From Candidatus Bathyarchaeota archaeon (lineage in GTDB: Archaea > Thermoproteota > CALKCG01 > B24), in NCBI GenBank assembly GCA_021161255.1, contig JAGHAZ010000027.1, forward strand, positions 2,076-66,075: 64,000 nt of DNA, read 5' to 3'. Positions 1-9,719 of the stretch are shown here, one piece after another. How positions within the stretch are numbered: position 1 is the first letter of the stretch; each line of letters begins with the position of its first letter. Below the pieces are notes generated by a model that was not told the origin of the DNA, did no database searches, and saw nothing but the letters and a program-made list of their open reading frames with translations. A program made the position numbers and the translations under genes.

Positions 1-9
1 GACGGTAGA

Positions 10-2313
10 GTGAAGCTGGCTGCGAAGTACTTTACGTTTAACCCGGTCACCATAATGTTCCACGGATTGGCTGAAAAGTATCTAAAACTGGCTTTAGAGG
101 CGTACAAGCAGAGAGACTATGGGCTGAGCTATGCATCGGCCTACGCAGCTTGGGCTTATGAGCAGGTGGCATACTACTCGATGATGGACCTGATATGGCA
201 GGTAATATACACTATAGTGGTGATATCCATCGCTATAATACCGTTCGCATATGCGATGAGCAGGCTCGTCGGGCTTGAAGGCCGTAGGCTCATAGCCGGT
301 GTGCTCATAATATTTGGAGTCATGCTGATCGTGCTCGACATATTCCATCCAGGTTTCCACTTGGCTAGCAATGCCGGAATGGCGATCTTGGCATTCGGTA
401 CCGCCATAGTAATATTGCCGCTACTGGGCTTCGTGATACGTGAAGCCATGATGAGCGCCAAGACCTTGAAGGAAAGGATGATCGGTATGCACACCGCCGA
501 GATAAGCCGTTCTACCATAGCGTTCCAGGCGTTCTCGCTATCAATTCAGAACATGCGTAGACGACGTTTCATGACGGTGCTGACCCTAGTCTCCATAGTA
601 ATACTGGTCTTCTCGATGGTTACGTTCACCTCGCTTATGGCTGCGCCTAGGCCTGTAGAGGACATACGAACCATATCGGAGGGAGAGACACCGCCGCTGT
701 ATCAGGGTATACTGATACGTAGGCCTGTGTGGTCGCCTATACCGGAGGAGATGTACTATCAGGTCATCCACCAGTTTAAGGGTACAGGCATATATTCGGC
801 TAGGGGTTGGCTGTTCCCACCGCCTCCGCAGAGAGGTTTAGGGTTCTTCGCGTTCTCAGATAAGCTGATAACAAAGGTAGGCGCCGTCTTATTCCTGAGC
901 CCTGAGGAGAAGGAGATCTCCCACATAGACGAGATACTGCTACCCGGTAGCGACTGGTTTGGACCTGACGACGTTTACACATGTATCATAAGTAAAACCA
1001 TGGCTGATAACCTGACTAAAGAGTTGGGTAGGCCGATAACGATAGGCTCGGTTATACCGTTTCTAGGTATGAATCTTAGGGTTATAGGGATGTTTGACGG
1101 TGGCCTTCTATGGTCTGGAAGCGAGGGCTTCGTAGACTTAGACGGTGAACCCATAACGCCGCTTATGCCGTTGATAACGACGGGTGCCGGTAGGGCTGTG
1201 CCGTTCCACTTCACCGGAGACTTGATAATGCTCATGCCTCTTAAGGCCTGTCTTCTACTTAGGGAGCGTGCTTACATAGTGAGCATAGCATACAAGCCAT
1301 ATAATACGACTGCTATACGCGAGATCGCCCGTAACTTAGCCCTGAGGATCGCGACTGATGTGTATTACAGCGACGCTCCGGATAGAATCGGGATCGTGAG
1401 ATATCGGCAGTGGTTCACGGTCACAGGGTTTGAGACGTTCATAGCCCCGACGATAATCTGTAGCTTCACGATCTTGAACATGATGCTCGCTAACGTCCAC
1501 TACAGAACCAGGGAGATCTCTATCTACATGGCTGTAGGCCTGTCGCCACTCCACGTTTCGGTATTGTTCCTCGCAGAATCGCTAGTGTACGCCCTGTTAG
1601 GGACGGTTCTAGGGTACGTGTACGGCGTGATCGGGTGCTGGATCTTCAACATATTAGGCCTATATCCGCCAGGATTCTACCCCAACTTCTCGTCGTTCTA
1701 CGTGTTCATCGTATTAGGGTCAGCCTCACTAGTAACTGTACTGTCGACAATTTATCCATCGTTAAAGGCGTCGAGGCTTGTGACACCTTCCCTCGAGCGT
1801 AAATGGAGGATTCCTCCACCTCGTGGAGACGAGTGGGAGATACGAATGCCCTTCGTGTTCTCGGGTAGAGAGATCTACGGGTTCCTAGCGTTCGTGAACG
1901 AGTATCTAGACGCGCATAGGACCGAGGGAGTGGGTGCCTTCGCCACCTTCGGAGATATCGAATGGAAATTTGAGAGGGACCCGCTAGAAGAGAGGGATAC
2001 TAAGACGTTGATAGCCAACGTACGGCTTGCACCGTTCGACGTAGGCATCACCCAGAAAGTGATGGTTATAGCCGAATCGCATAGAAAACGGCCGTATTCG
2101 CTTACCATATACCTTCAGAGGACGACCGGCTTGTTGAGTGACTGGGTGAACTCCAACAGGCCGTTCATAGACAACATGAGGAAGCAGCTGCTGATATGGA
2201 GAACGTTGAAGCAGACGGATAAGGAGAAGTACATCGACCTAGGGTTAACGTTATTTAGGAAGAAGCTCGGTATTAGTGACGAAGAGTTTAAGAAGCGTCT
2301 GGGTTCAGAATAG
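10..2313 (+). CDS. Giant membrane protein with C-terminal FtsX/MacB-like (DUF214-type) permease domain and ~200-aa cytoplasmic tail; probably 5'-truncated by the window edge (no in-frame stop upstream of pos 10)
   Basis: A TM cluster is followed by the motif ...ICSFTILNMMLANVHYRTREISIYMAVGLSPLHVSVLFLAESLVYALLGTVLGYVYG..., characteristic of FtsX/MacB permease TM2-4. The architecture (FtsX domain then a cytoplasmic tail starting ...PSLERKWRIPPPRGDEWEI...) is paralogous to 14978..18577 and 18619..21792. Confidence 0.6.
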   Translation: MKLAAKYFTFNPVTIMFHGLAEKYLKLALEAYKQRDYGLSYASAYAAWAYEQVAYYSMMDLIWQVIYTIVVISIAIIPFAYAMSRLVGLEGRRLIAGVLIIFGVMLIVLDIFHPGFHLASNAGMAILAFGTAIVILPLLGFVIREAMMSAKTLKERMIGMHTAEISRSTIAFQAFSLSIQNMRRRRFMTVLTLVSIVILVFSMVTFTSLMAAPRPVEDIRTISEGETPPLYQGILIRRPVWSPIPEEMYYQVIHQFKGTGIYSARGWLFPPPPQRGLGFFAFSDKLITKVGAVLFLSPEEKEISHIDEILLPGSDWFGPDDVYTCIISKTMADNLTKELGRPITIGSVIPFLGMNLRVIGMFDGGLLWSGSEGFVDLDGEPITPLMPLITTGAGRAVPFHFTGDLIMLMPLKACLLLRERAYIVSIAYKPYNTTAIREIARNLALRIATDVYYSDAPDRIGIVRYRQWFTVTGFETFIAPTIICSFTILNMMLANVHYRTREISIYMAVGLSPLHVSVLFLAESLVYALLGTVLGYVYGVIGCWIFNILGLYPPGFYPNFSSFYVFIVLGSASLVTVLSTIYPSLKASRLVTPSLERKWRIPPPRGDEWEIRMPFVFSGREIYGFLAFVNEYLDAHRTEGVGAFATFGDIEWKFERDPLEERDTKTLIANVRLAPFDVGITQKVMVIAESHRKRPYSLTIYLQRTTGLLSDWVNSNRPFIDNMRKQLLIWRTLKQTDKEKYIDLGLTLFRKKLGISDEEFKKRLGSE

Positions 2314-2325
2314 AGGTGAGTCTGT

Positions 2326-4287
2326 ATGGCCGAGCAGGAGATTCGCCCTGGACTGACTTGGAGGTCAATACTAGCCCTAATATTCTCCCTATTCCTAGTG
2401 CAGCCGGTGATGATATACTACTACCTCATAAGCGCCCAGTGGTTCCCACTTCAGGCTTGGATAGTGATCCTGCTATGGTCGGAGATCGCGCACTTCCTAG
2501 GCTCTCCGTTAAGTAAGCAAGAGCTCTTCATCCTACTGAGCTTCCAGTGGATGGCCTCCTACTATGCGCAGCTCTTCAGCATGGGCGGCCCCTATGACTT
2601 GGTTAAGAATGCATATATGGCCTACAGCCCTGAAGCACAGGCCCTAGGGATCTCACAGTACGTTCCGTCTTGGTGGGTACCGCCTCAAAGCGAACTCATA
2701 AGATTGACCATGGAACGCACGTTCCTCTACTTCGACCCGGTGTGGCTTATCCCGTTGGGGATAGCGGTTTTAGCGTTGATATTTAACATGGTTGCCGATA
2801 TATCCATGGGCTATTTCACTTACTCGCTCTACGTGAAAGTGGAGAAGCTCCAGTTCCCCGCCGCTAGGGCAGCCGCCGAGACAGTCTTAACGCTGGCTGA
2901 GAGAGATCCACTGCATATGAGGATACTGATGCTATCTATTCTCTTCGGTGCGCTCTACGACTTATTCGTGAGCTTCCTACCATACCTACTCGGACCTTAC
3001 CTAGCCAGTGGAGGAGCCGCGATCTACACGGTTCTTCTACCGATCGCTCAAACCTTCGACATGACGCCTGTGATAGCGCACTTCCTACCAGGGTTCGGCT
3101 TCGCCTTCACCTTGAACTTGATGACGTCTCCGGCAGGCTACATATCAGGGTTCATACTCCCCATCGACATATGTCTAGCCCAGTTTTTAGGGGCCTTCAG
3201 CTACTACTGTATAGGAACGCATCTGATAACGAGGTTTAACCTCTGGCCGGCTGAAAGTCCATACGATATTTCGTGGCCGCTGGCTATACTTGTCCAAAGG
3301 TCTCAGCTATACTTCTACACGAGCCTCACCATAGGTATGGCCTTGGCAGCCACGTTCCTTCCGATGCTGATAAGACCTAAATCGGTCATCAGGGCCTTCA
3401 GTTCGCTGGCTAAAGCGAAAGGTGCAGAGGGAGAGGGTCCTCCGCTATACTTGCTACTCGCGGCTTTCCTAGGGGCGTGCACTGGAGGCATGCTACTGGT
3501 ATACTTCCTAACAGGGTTCCCGCTTTGGATTCTAGCAATATTCATGATCGGCGGTTCGTTCTTCGCGTCGTTTATGGGTGCAAGCGCCGCAGGTGTTACC
3601 ACTACCGGGTTTAACGTGCCCATGCTTCCGCAGCTGATGATATATCTGACCGGTTGGCAGGATAAGCGCATATGGTTTGCTCCGACAAACATATACGCCG
3701 GAGGCCCAAGTATAGCCCAGGCGTTTATGCAGGCGGACATACTGAAGGCTAGAAAGTCCGAATATATCAAGACCTATATACTGATATTCTTCGTAGGCGT
3801 TCTCGTTACCATACTCTTCGTGTCCTATCTATGGACTCTATCGCCTATACCGTCTGGAGCGTATCCTGCTACGATGGTATACTGGCCGGTCGACGCCATG
3901 AACTGGGCTAGATGGCAGGTCTGGATGTGGTCCGGCTACCTGTTCAGGAAAGACCTTCTGATCGGAGGATTCGCTATAGGCTCAGTGATATACCTGATAA
4001 CGGATCTTATATTCCATAAACCATACTTCCTAGTGGCTTTCATCAGCGGAGCGTATGGTAGCTGGTTTGGCTACACCATGCAGCTTCCATACACGCTGGC
4101 CCAGCTGATAGGGTCGATAATCGGTAACGTGGTCGTAGCCAGAGTTCTAAGTAGGAGGACAAAGATACCTTACGGCGTATTCGCCTACAGGTTCTACATG
4201 GGTACCACGATCGGATGGGGTCTGATGGAGAGCATAAGAGCGTTACTGGTGCTAGTCAGCCGAGCGATGTGGCTACTGCCATACTAG
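2326..4287 (+). CDS. Polytopic membrane protein, divergent member of a triplicated unknown family (E-K-L-Q-F-P..ER motif)
   Basis: 653-aa ORF that is hydrophobic throughout. It shares the E(R/K)xxFP...E...ER segment and the C-terminal R(V)..S(R)...YGV(F/P) pattern with 4357..6444 and 10990..12960. A T7 run follows at 4311-4317. Confidence 0.6.
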   Translation: MAEQEIRPGLTWRSILALIFSLFLVQPVMIYYYLISAQWFPLQAWIVILLWSEIAHFLGSPLSKQELFILLSFQWMASYYAQLFSMGGPYDLVKNAYMAYSPEAQALGISQYVPSWWVPPQSELIRLTMERTFLYFDPVWLIPLGIAVLALIFNMVADISMGYFTYSLYVKVEKLQFPAARAAAETVLTLAERDPLHMRILMLSILFGALYDLFVSFLPYLLGPYLASGGAAIYTVLLPIAQTFDMTPVIAHFLPGFGFAFTLNLMTSPAGYISGFILPIDICLAQFLGAFSYYCIGTHLITRFNLWPAESPYDISWPLAILVQRSQLYFYTSLTIGMALAATFLPMLIRPKSVIRAFSSLAKAKGAEGEGPPLYLLLAAFLGACTGGMLLVYFLTGFPLWILAIFMIGGSFFASFMGASAAGVTTTGFNVPMLPQLMIYLTGWQDKRIWFAPTNIYAGGPSIAQAFMQADILKARKSEYIKTYILIFFVGVLVTILFVSYLWTLSPIPSGAYPATMVYWPVDAMNWARWQVWMWSGYLFRKDLLIGGFAIGSVIYLITDLIFHKPYFLVAFISGAYGSWFGYTMQLPYTLAQLIGSIIGNVVVARVLSRRTKIPYGVFAYRFYMGTTIGWGLMESIRALLVLVSRAMWLLPY

Positions 4288-4310
4288 AGACGTTAGGGAA
4301 AACGCTCCGA

Positions 4311-4317
4311 TTTTTTT
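4311..4317 (+). terminator. T7 run immediately downstream of 2326..4287
   Basis: tttttttaaa lies 24 nt after the stop codon. Confidence 0.35.
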
Positions 4318-4356
4318 AAATCTTCTTCTTCTCAATGAGAGAATCCTATATGGTCG

Positions 4357-6444
4357 ATGGCAAGACTTTTAAATTCTCTGAAGAGATCAACTAGTGGTTT
4401 GAAAATGAGCGAGGAGGTTAAGGAGTTTAGGATAAGACCATCGCTTCTCGTTCCCTTGATAATCCTAACGGCTGTACTATCGTTCATAGGGACAGTTGAG
4501 ATCGCTTTGAACGGCTCTGTCGGCGGCGCCTTCATGTGCCGCTACGCGTGGGGTACGGTCTCCAAGACGATGGGTATTCCGATAATGTCGCTACTAGTAA
4601 TCCTGTTAGCTTTCCCGTTTAAATATCTGAGAGGCCGGTTGTCGCCTTCTACGCTTGTCTCCCTTTACGTCGTCGGCGCCGCTGTGGCGATGTATGGTAT
4701 CGGACACTACGAGACGTTCGCGTGCTGGCCGGTAGGATTCGCCAGAACGCTCCTGTATACTGAGCCGGAGTTCCTACCGGTCGCGGAGAGCTGGTGGTGG
4801 ATGCCACCATACGACGTAGTACAGCTTATAAACGCAGGCGGAGCTGCGACTGACTGGGGAGCATGGTCAGGAGCCATACTATTCTGGTCGCTATACCTAC
4901 TGGTCTTCTACCTATTCGGATCGAGCGTGATGCTGCTCTTCAGACGGAGATGGTTGGACATAGAGAGGGTGCCGTTCCCATACGTCATAGCGACCCACGA
5001 ACTCATAAGACGGGTCTCCGGAGAACGCGGATTAGAGAAGACGACGAAGTGGTTTATCATAGGCTTTGTTATAGCGTTGCTCTTCGAAATACAGGTCATG
5101 TGCACATATATATGGCCGTGGTGGCCAGACCTGCTTGCTTGGAGAGGCACGGCTGTAGACGAAACAAGCCCACAGGGATGTGTATGCGTCTATGCTAACG
5201 ACCCTATTGAAAGCGCCCTTGTATGGTGGCCAGGCTATACAAAGAATGTCCTACCGTTCCTAGTGTACTATCTAGCGCCTTTAGATGTATTACTTTCAGC
5301 ATGGGTATTCTTCTTAATAGTGGTAATACTCGCTCAGATAGCTTACATGATGGGCTACTACACAGGAGTCTTTGAGATGGGAAGCGCCTGCAGAATACTT
5401 GGATGGGCTGGCTCTGATATATCGCCTCTATTCGGTCCGCCGTACTACTGGATGTGGGTGACGATGATAGGTGGCACACTTGCTGTGACGGTCATGATGA
5501 TGTTCCACGCCAGAAGCTACCTCGCCGAGACTATAAGGCTTGCTATGCGTGGAGGCAGGTCTCCAGAGGAGGCTAACGAACCCTTCACCTACAGACAAAT
5601 ATACATATTCATCGTGATCTCCGCGATAATACTACTTGCGTTCTGCTTCTCAGCGGGATTAAGCATAGGAACGGCCTTGGCAGTATTGATAGTAGGTGCG
5701 TTCATAAACACCGTGGCAGCAGCATACGTCCTAGGTTTAAGCGGATGCGGCTATATACACGAAAGAGCCTTGTGGCCCAGCTGGCCTCTAAGATTCATAT
5801 GGCCCACCGCTCCCCAGAACTACAGTGCAGACTGGATCATGAGCCACGTCTTCATGCACACAGGGCTCAACCACGTAACTCACGGAGTACAAACCGGGGC
5901 ATACCTCACAATACAGAACCTTAAGATGGGTAGCCTAGCTAAGATAAATCTCCGAGACATATTCATACTGACCACTATAGCCAGCATCGTAGCGATATTC
6001 GTCGGAAACGCTACAAGGGTTTGGATAATAAATCTTCTAGGAGTTGCGCGTGTCCCGATATGGGGTAGCTGCTCGGTCACCCAATGGTGTGATAACGACT
6101 TTGAAAGATATGCGCAGGCTCCACCTGCAGAGTTCCAGTTTACGGCAGGTGCTGCAGGTTTCGTGATAACGATGATACTATTCCTTCTAAGGGCTAGGTT
6201 CATATGGTGGCCTCTACACCCAGTAGGCTTCATACTGGCGACCGGTGTGGCGCCTAACTGGATGAGGGAATGGAATGCTATGCTTGGTGCTTGGATAGCC
6301 AAGTTCCTGACCCTACGCGTAGGCGGTAGCAGAGCCTACGAAGAATACGGCGTACCCTTCGTAAGCGGAGGAATCGCAGGTTATGCGCTATCGAACCTAA
6401 TAGCCTACCTAGTAGGCACGGTGAGGTTCTTCATACCGTTCTAA
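4357..6444 (+). CDS. Polytopic membrane protein, unknown family (WLDIERVPFPY motif; C-terminus ...LTLRVGGSRAYEEYGVPFVSG...RFFIPF)
   Basis: 695-aa ORF and a clear paralog of 10990..12960: WMPPYDVVQLINAGGAATDWGAW vs MCPPYDVVIRLSTGGPIDWGAW; WLDIERVPFPY vs WIDVERVPFPH; identical C-terminal logic. Its 3' flank is shared with 10990..12960. Confidence 0.65.
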   Translation: MARLLNSLKRSTSGLKMSEEVKEFRIRPSLLVPLIILTAVLSFIGTVEIALNGSVGGAFMCRYAWGTVSKTMGIPIMSLLVILLAFPFKYLRGRLSPSTLVSLYVVGAAVAMYGIGHYETFACWPVGFARTLLYTEPEFLPVAESWWWMPPYDVVQLINAGGAATDWGAWSGAILFWSLYLLVFYLFGSSVMLLFRRRWLDIERVPFPYVIATHELIRRVSGERGLEKTTKWFIIGFVIALLFEIQVMCTYIWPWWPDLLAWRGTAVDETSPQGCVCVYANDPIESALVWWPGYTKNVLPFLVYYLAPLDVLLSAWVFFLIVVILAQIAYMMGYYTGVFEMGSACRILGWAGSDISPLFGPPYYWMWVTMIGGTLAVTVMMMFHARSYLAETIRLAMRGGRSPEEANEPFTYRQIYIFIVISAIILLAFCFSAGLSIGTALAVLIVGAFINTVAAAYVLGLSGCGYIHERALWPSWPLRFIWPTAPQNYSADWIMSHVFMHTGLNHVTHGVQTGAYLTIQNLKMGSLAKINLRDIFILTTIASIVAIFVGNATRVWIINLLGVARVPIWGSCSVTQWCDNDFERYAQAPPAEFQFTAGAAGFVITMILFLLRARFIWWPLHPVGFILATGVAPNWMREWNAMLGAWIAKFLTLRVGGSRAYEEYGVPFVSGGIAGYALSNLIAYLVGTVRFFIPF

Positions 6445-6451
6445 GGTAAGT

Positions 6452-6480
6452 CCCAATTTTTTATAGGGAATTCCTTTATT
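6452..6480 (+). terminator. T-rich terminator-like element, duplicated after 12960 (conserved cccaaTTTTTT ... ggaatWcctttat)
   Basis: 6452-6480 (tcccaattttttatagggaattcctttatt) and 12969-13000 (tcccaattttttcccatcgtggaatacctttat) share both blocks. T6 runs are typical archaeal termination signals. Confidence 0.4.
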
Positions 6481-6530
6481 TTTCTGACCGGAGTGTTTAA
6501 GTTCATCCTCCTCAAGATTTATCATGTCCG

Positions 6531-7124
6531 ATGATCAAGTGGATAGTCTCCCTAGGTCTCTCGTTACTCGCTCTCGGGTCTCTTCTATTCACGGTTTCTC
6601 AAACCCTGGAAACTCACTCCCAGTCGATAACGCCTGAGGTATTATTGTATCAGGATAGGTTTGAGATGAAGCGTGAAGAAGTCAGGGTCTACAACTTCAC
6701 GTTTCCCCAGAATGTGACGGTCGTCACCATCGTAGGGTCCAACATGTGCGTAGGCCTTAGAATATACAACGAGACGTTTCAAGAGTTTATCGACGAGATG
6801 GGTGGATTAAGCATGGTGAATTATACCGACATCGCTGAGCTTCTGGGGAATATGCCTAAACCAATCTCATGGTCCCACAGTGAATATTACAGACATTTGA
6901 TACCAAACAATAAAACCATGACCTACTACTTTATACTCTACAACTATCCTGCATGTTATCCTAAAAGCGTCCGCTTAGAAATAGGATACACCACCGGTGA
7001 GATAGAGGTGCCTAGGGAAGAGCCCATAACGTTTAGAAACCAGCTACTATCGGCGGGTTTAGCCTCGATAGCCCTAGGATGCCTAATAGCGCTATACGGC
7101 TTCGTCAGAGAACCTAAAATATAG
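6531..7124 (+). CDS. Small secreted/anchored protein: N-terminal signal/TM, five N-x-S/T sequons, C-terminal TM anchor
   Basis: 197-aa ORF with an N-terminal hydrophobic segment (IVSLGLSLLALGSLLF). Sequons are NFT, NVT, NET, NYT and NKT. The C-terminal hydrophobic stretch is LLSAGLASIALGCLIALYGF. Confidence 0.5.
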   Translation: MIKWIVSLGLSLLALGSLLFTVSQTLETHSQSITPEVLLYQDRFEMKREEVRVYNFTFPQNVTVVTIVGSNMCVGLRIYNETFQEFIDEMGGLSMVNYTDIAELLGNMPKPISWSHSEYYRHLIPNNKTMTYYFILYNYPACYPKSVRLEIGYTTGEIEVPREEPITFRNQLLSAGLASIALGCLIALYGFVREPKI

Positions 7125-7138
7125 AGGCTGAGAGGAGA

Positions 7139-8377
7139 TTACTCTATAAGCTCCTCCACGTTCTTCTTTATCTTCTCTATAGTCGCCACTACGAGGTCTG
7201 CCGCTTCTTTTCCTCCTAAGAGGATCTGATGCGGTAGGGTTATCTCTCTTTTACAATACTCTTCAGCGCCTGGAAGATGTAGACTTTCATAATCCGGTAT
7301 CTTCCAATCTTCCGGGAATATCCCCTTAAGATTTTCTTTTTTGAAAGCCGGTTGCTTATACAAGGGCATACCGTAGCCGGCACCCGCTGGTATCCCCTCA
7401 GCGTTCAAAGCCTCTAAGAACTTTTCTTTAGGAAGACCGTGAAACTCCTCGGGATCGTATCTTATCACAAAGAAGTAGTAGCCTCTCTTAGTAATCCTAT
7501 CGTCCCTCTTAAGCGGCTCAACCCCACCTATCCTCCTCAGCTTCGAAGCCAAGTACTCGCCAGTCTCATGTTTAAGTTCCACATGCTCCTTGAGCCTTCT
7601 CATCTGCGATATCAACAGCCCAGCCTGAATCTCTGAAAGCCGGTAGTTAGAGCTTAAGATGAAATGCATGTATCCAGGTTTGCCGAGAACCCTACCTATG
7701 TTATGGATGAGCCTAGCTCGTTCGGCGAGTTTATCATCATTAGTCAAGACGATTCCACCTTCACCAGCCGTCAAGGTTTTACTCTCCTGTAGGCTGAACC
7801 CTCCCATATCCCCGATCGCCCCGACCTTACGACCTCTCCACTCAGAGCCGTGGGCGTGAGCTGCGTCTTCTATTAGAAAAAGACCGTTCCTCCTCACCAC
7901 CGGAAGGACTTCGTCGAAATTTATAGGATAGCCTGCGTAATGGACGCCTATAACAGCCTTGGTCCTCTCGCTTATGTTCTCCTCTATCGACTCGGGGCTT
8001 ATGGTCGCGGTCTCAGGGTCTACGTCTGCGAAGACCGGTATAGCCCCCACCTCGCTCACGGCTGAGGCCGTGGCTATAAACGTCACAGCTGGCACTATAA
8101 CTTCGTCTCCGAAGTTGACTCCGATAGTCTTAAGGGCGAGTTCAAGGGCCACCGTCCCGTTAGCTACGGCTATCCCGTATTTGGCTTGATGATACTCTGC
8201 AAACATCCTCTCGAAAACCTCAGCCTTAGAACCGGGGTAAAGCCTACACCACCGTCTACTTCTAACGACCTCTACTACAGCTCTCTCATCTTCCTCATCG
8301 TAGATAGGCCAAGGCGGAACAAGCTCCCTAAGCCTCTCCGCCTCTCTAGGGCCACCTTTTAAAGCTAACCTAGCCAT
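7139..8377 (-). CDS. DegT/DnrJ/EryC1/StrS-family PLP-dependent sugar aminotransferase
   Basis: ...GTVALELALKTIGVNFGDEVIVPAVTFIATASAV...GAIPVFADVD...AVIGVHYAGYP...FLIEDAAHAHG...DMGGFSLQESKTLTAGEGG... matches the AAT_I / DegT fold and catalytic region. Confidence 0.8.
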   Translation of the reverse strand: MARLALKGGPREAERLRELVPPWPIYDEEDERAVVEVVRSRRWCRLYPGSKAEVFERMFAEYHQAKYGIAVANGTVALELALKTIGVNFGDEVIVPAVTFIATASAVSEVGAIPVFADVDPETATISPESIEENISERTKAVIGVHYAGYPINFDEVLPVVRRNGLFLIEDAAHAHGSEWRGRKVGAIGDMGGFSLQESKTLTAGEGGIVLTNDDKLAERARLIHNIGRVLGKPGYMHFILSSNYRLSEIQAGLLISQMRRLKEHVELKHETGEYLASKLRRIGGVEPLKRDDRITKRGYYFFVIRYDPEEFHGLPKEKFLEALNAEGIPAGAGYGMPLYKQPAFKKENLKGIFPEDWKIPDYESLHLPGAEEYCKREITLPHQILLGGKEAADLVVATIEKIKKNVEELIE

Positions 8378-8411
8378 CGAATCAAAATCGAGTCGGCATC
8401 GGCTTTAAGAT

Positions 8412-9654
8412 TTATTCCCTTTCTATCAACCGTTTAATCGCCATAGTTATGATCACGTTCATCGCTAAGACCGCTATTGAGGCGAGAAACGGGATCCTGG
8501 GGTCTATCTGGTAAGCGTATCCGGCTAACGTGGGGGTTAACCAGTTAGCTAATGCCGAGAACGTGGTAGATAAGGAGAGCACTTTCGCCCTGGCCTTCTC
8601 GTCCACTATGTCTATCCTATTAGTTAAAAACGTTCTAACAGACGGATATGCGAGGGTATAGAAGCCGCTAAGCACTCCCGATAAGGCTGCTAAGCTTAAA
8701 TATCCTTTAGGCGTCGTCACGAGCACGGTGAGTGATAAGGCTGATAGAAGATATGCCATGGTCAAAGATTTAAGAAGCCCAACCTCACCCCGTATCATAG
8801 GAGAAAAGATCGTAAGCAGGAGGATCGACGTGACTGAAGAGGCTGCAGGTACCAAGGATGCGAGACTTTCGTCTAAAGCTAGTCCTCTAGAATCGGTGAG
8901 GTATAGTGCATTGTAGGTGCCTGAGACTGTGAAGTAGAAGTTGCCTAGTATGTTGCATAGGAATATCAGGAGTATGGCTCTTCTCCTGATAACTATCTGG
9001 AGCGCCTTACGATAGCCTTTAAATGTCGCTTCTCTCCTTCAGCAAAACCTTACCTATTTCTGTCTCCCTCAGAAGGGTTTGTCTTAAAATGAACATGGTC
9101 GTTAAAGTTGTTAATGCAAGCATACACATGGCTCTGTAACCTGCTACGATACCGTATGTAGATACCATGAGTCCAGCTAGCGGTGTCAGTAGGTTTCCGG
9201 AGACGTAGATCAGGTTGATATAGCCGTATATGCTGGCTCTATACTCTGGAGAAGTGTCCTCGACAAGCATACATTCCCAGACCGGAAATATGACCGTTAC
9301 AAGACCTTCAAACACGATGGCTAACATCATCTGCCAAAACTCTGTAGCCAGCATCCACAGAGCTAGTGAAGTGATCCAACCCACCACGTCGAAGGCCATG
9401 AAAACCCTCTTTCTCCCAAACCTATCGGCGAGATACCCTCCTAACAGGGGGAGAAACGTCTGTAATATCGAGTATAGGGTTATAGTGAAGCCTATCTCGA
9501 CCTCTGACACACCTAGGCTTTTCATGAATATGGGCCTGTAGAAGAATATCCAGCTCATGGGGATGCTCCAAAGCGGCTCGGTAGCTATTAAAACCTTAGC
9601 GTTTCTACCCCACTCTTTAAATGGCGTCTTTATCGAGACCTTTGCTTTACCCAT
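8412..9654 (-). pseudogene. MFS-family transporter interrupted by a single frameshift near 9020-9030 (T3A3 run); the two halves are ORFs 9019..9654 and 8412..8855
   Basis: The N-terminal 6-TM half ends ...LLKERSDI*. The next frame is open from ~9032 and reads ...KGYRKALQIVIRRRAILLIFLCNILGNFYF..., continuous into the 147-aa ORF. That is the central loop and TM7-12 of an MFS protein. Confidence 0.55.
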
Positions 9655-9719
9655 GGAATTCCCCTATCTAAAGCCGGTTAACATTCTTGATTGAGAGAAA
9701 AAGAATAGAGGGAGAATGC

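Noticed and set aside
2316-2516. 66-aa ORF overlapping the start of 2326..4287, and other <120-aa internal ORFs in the first 14 kb (e.g. 4863..5198, 5880..6302, 11307..11657)
   Set aside because: They overlap in alternative frames with long, paralog-supported membrane-protein genes and have no independent signal.
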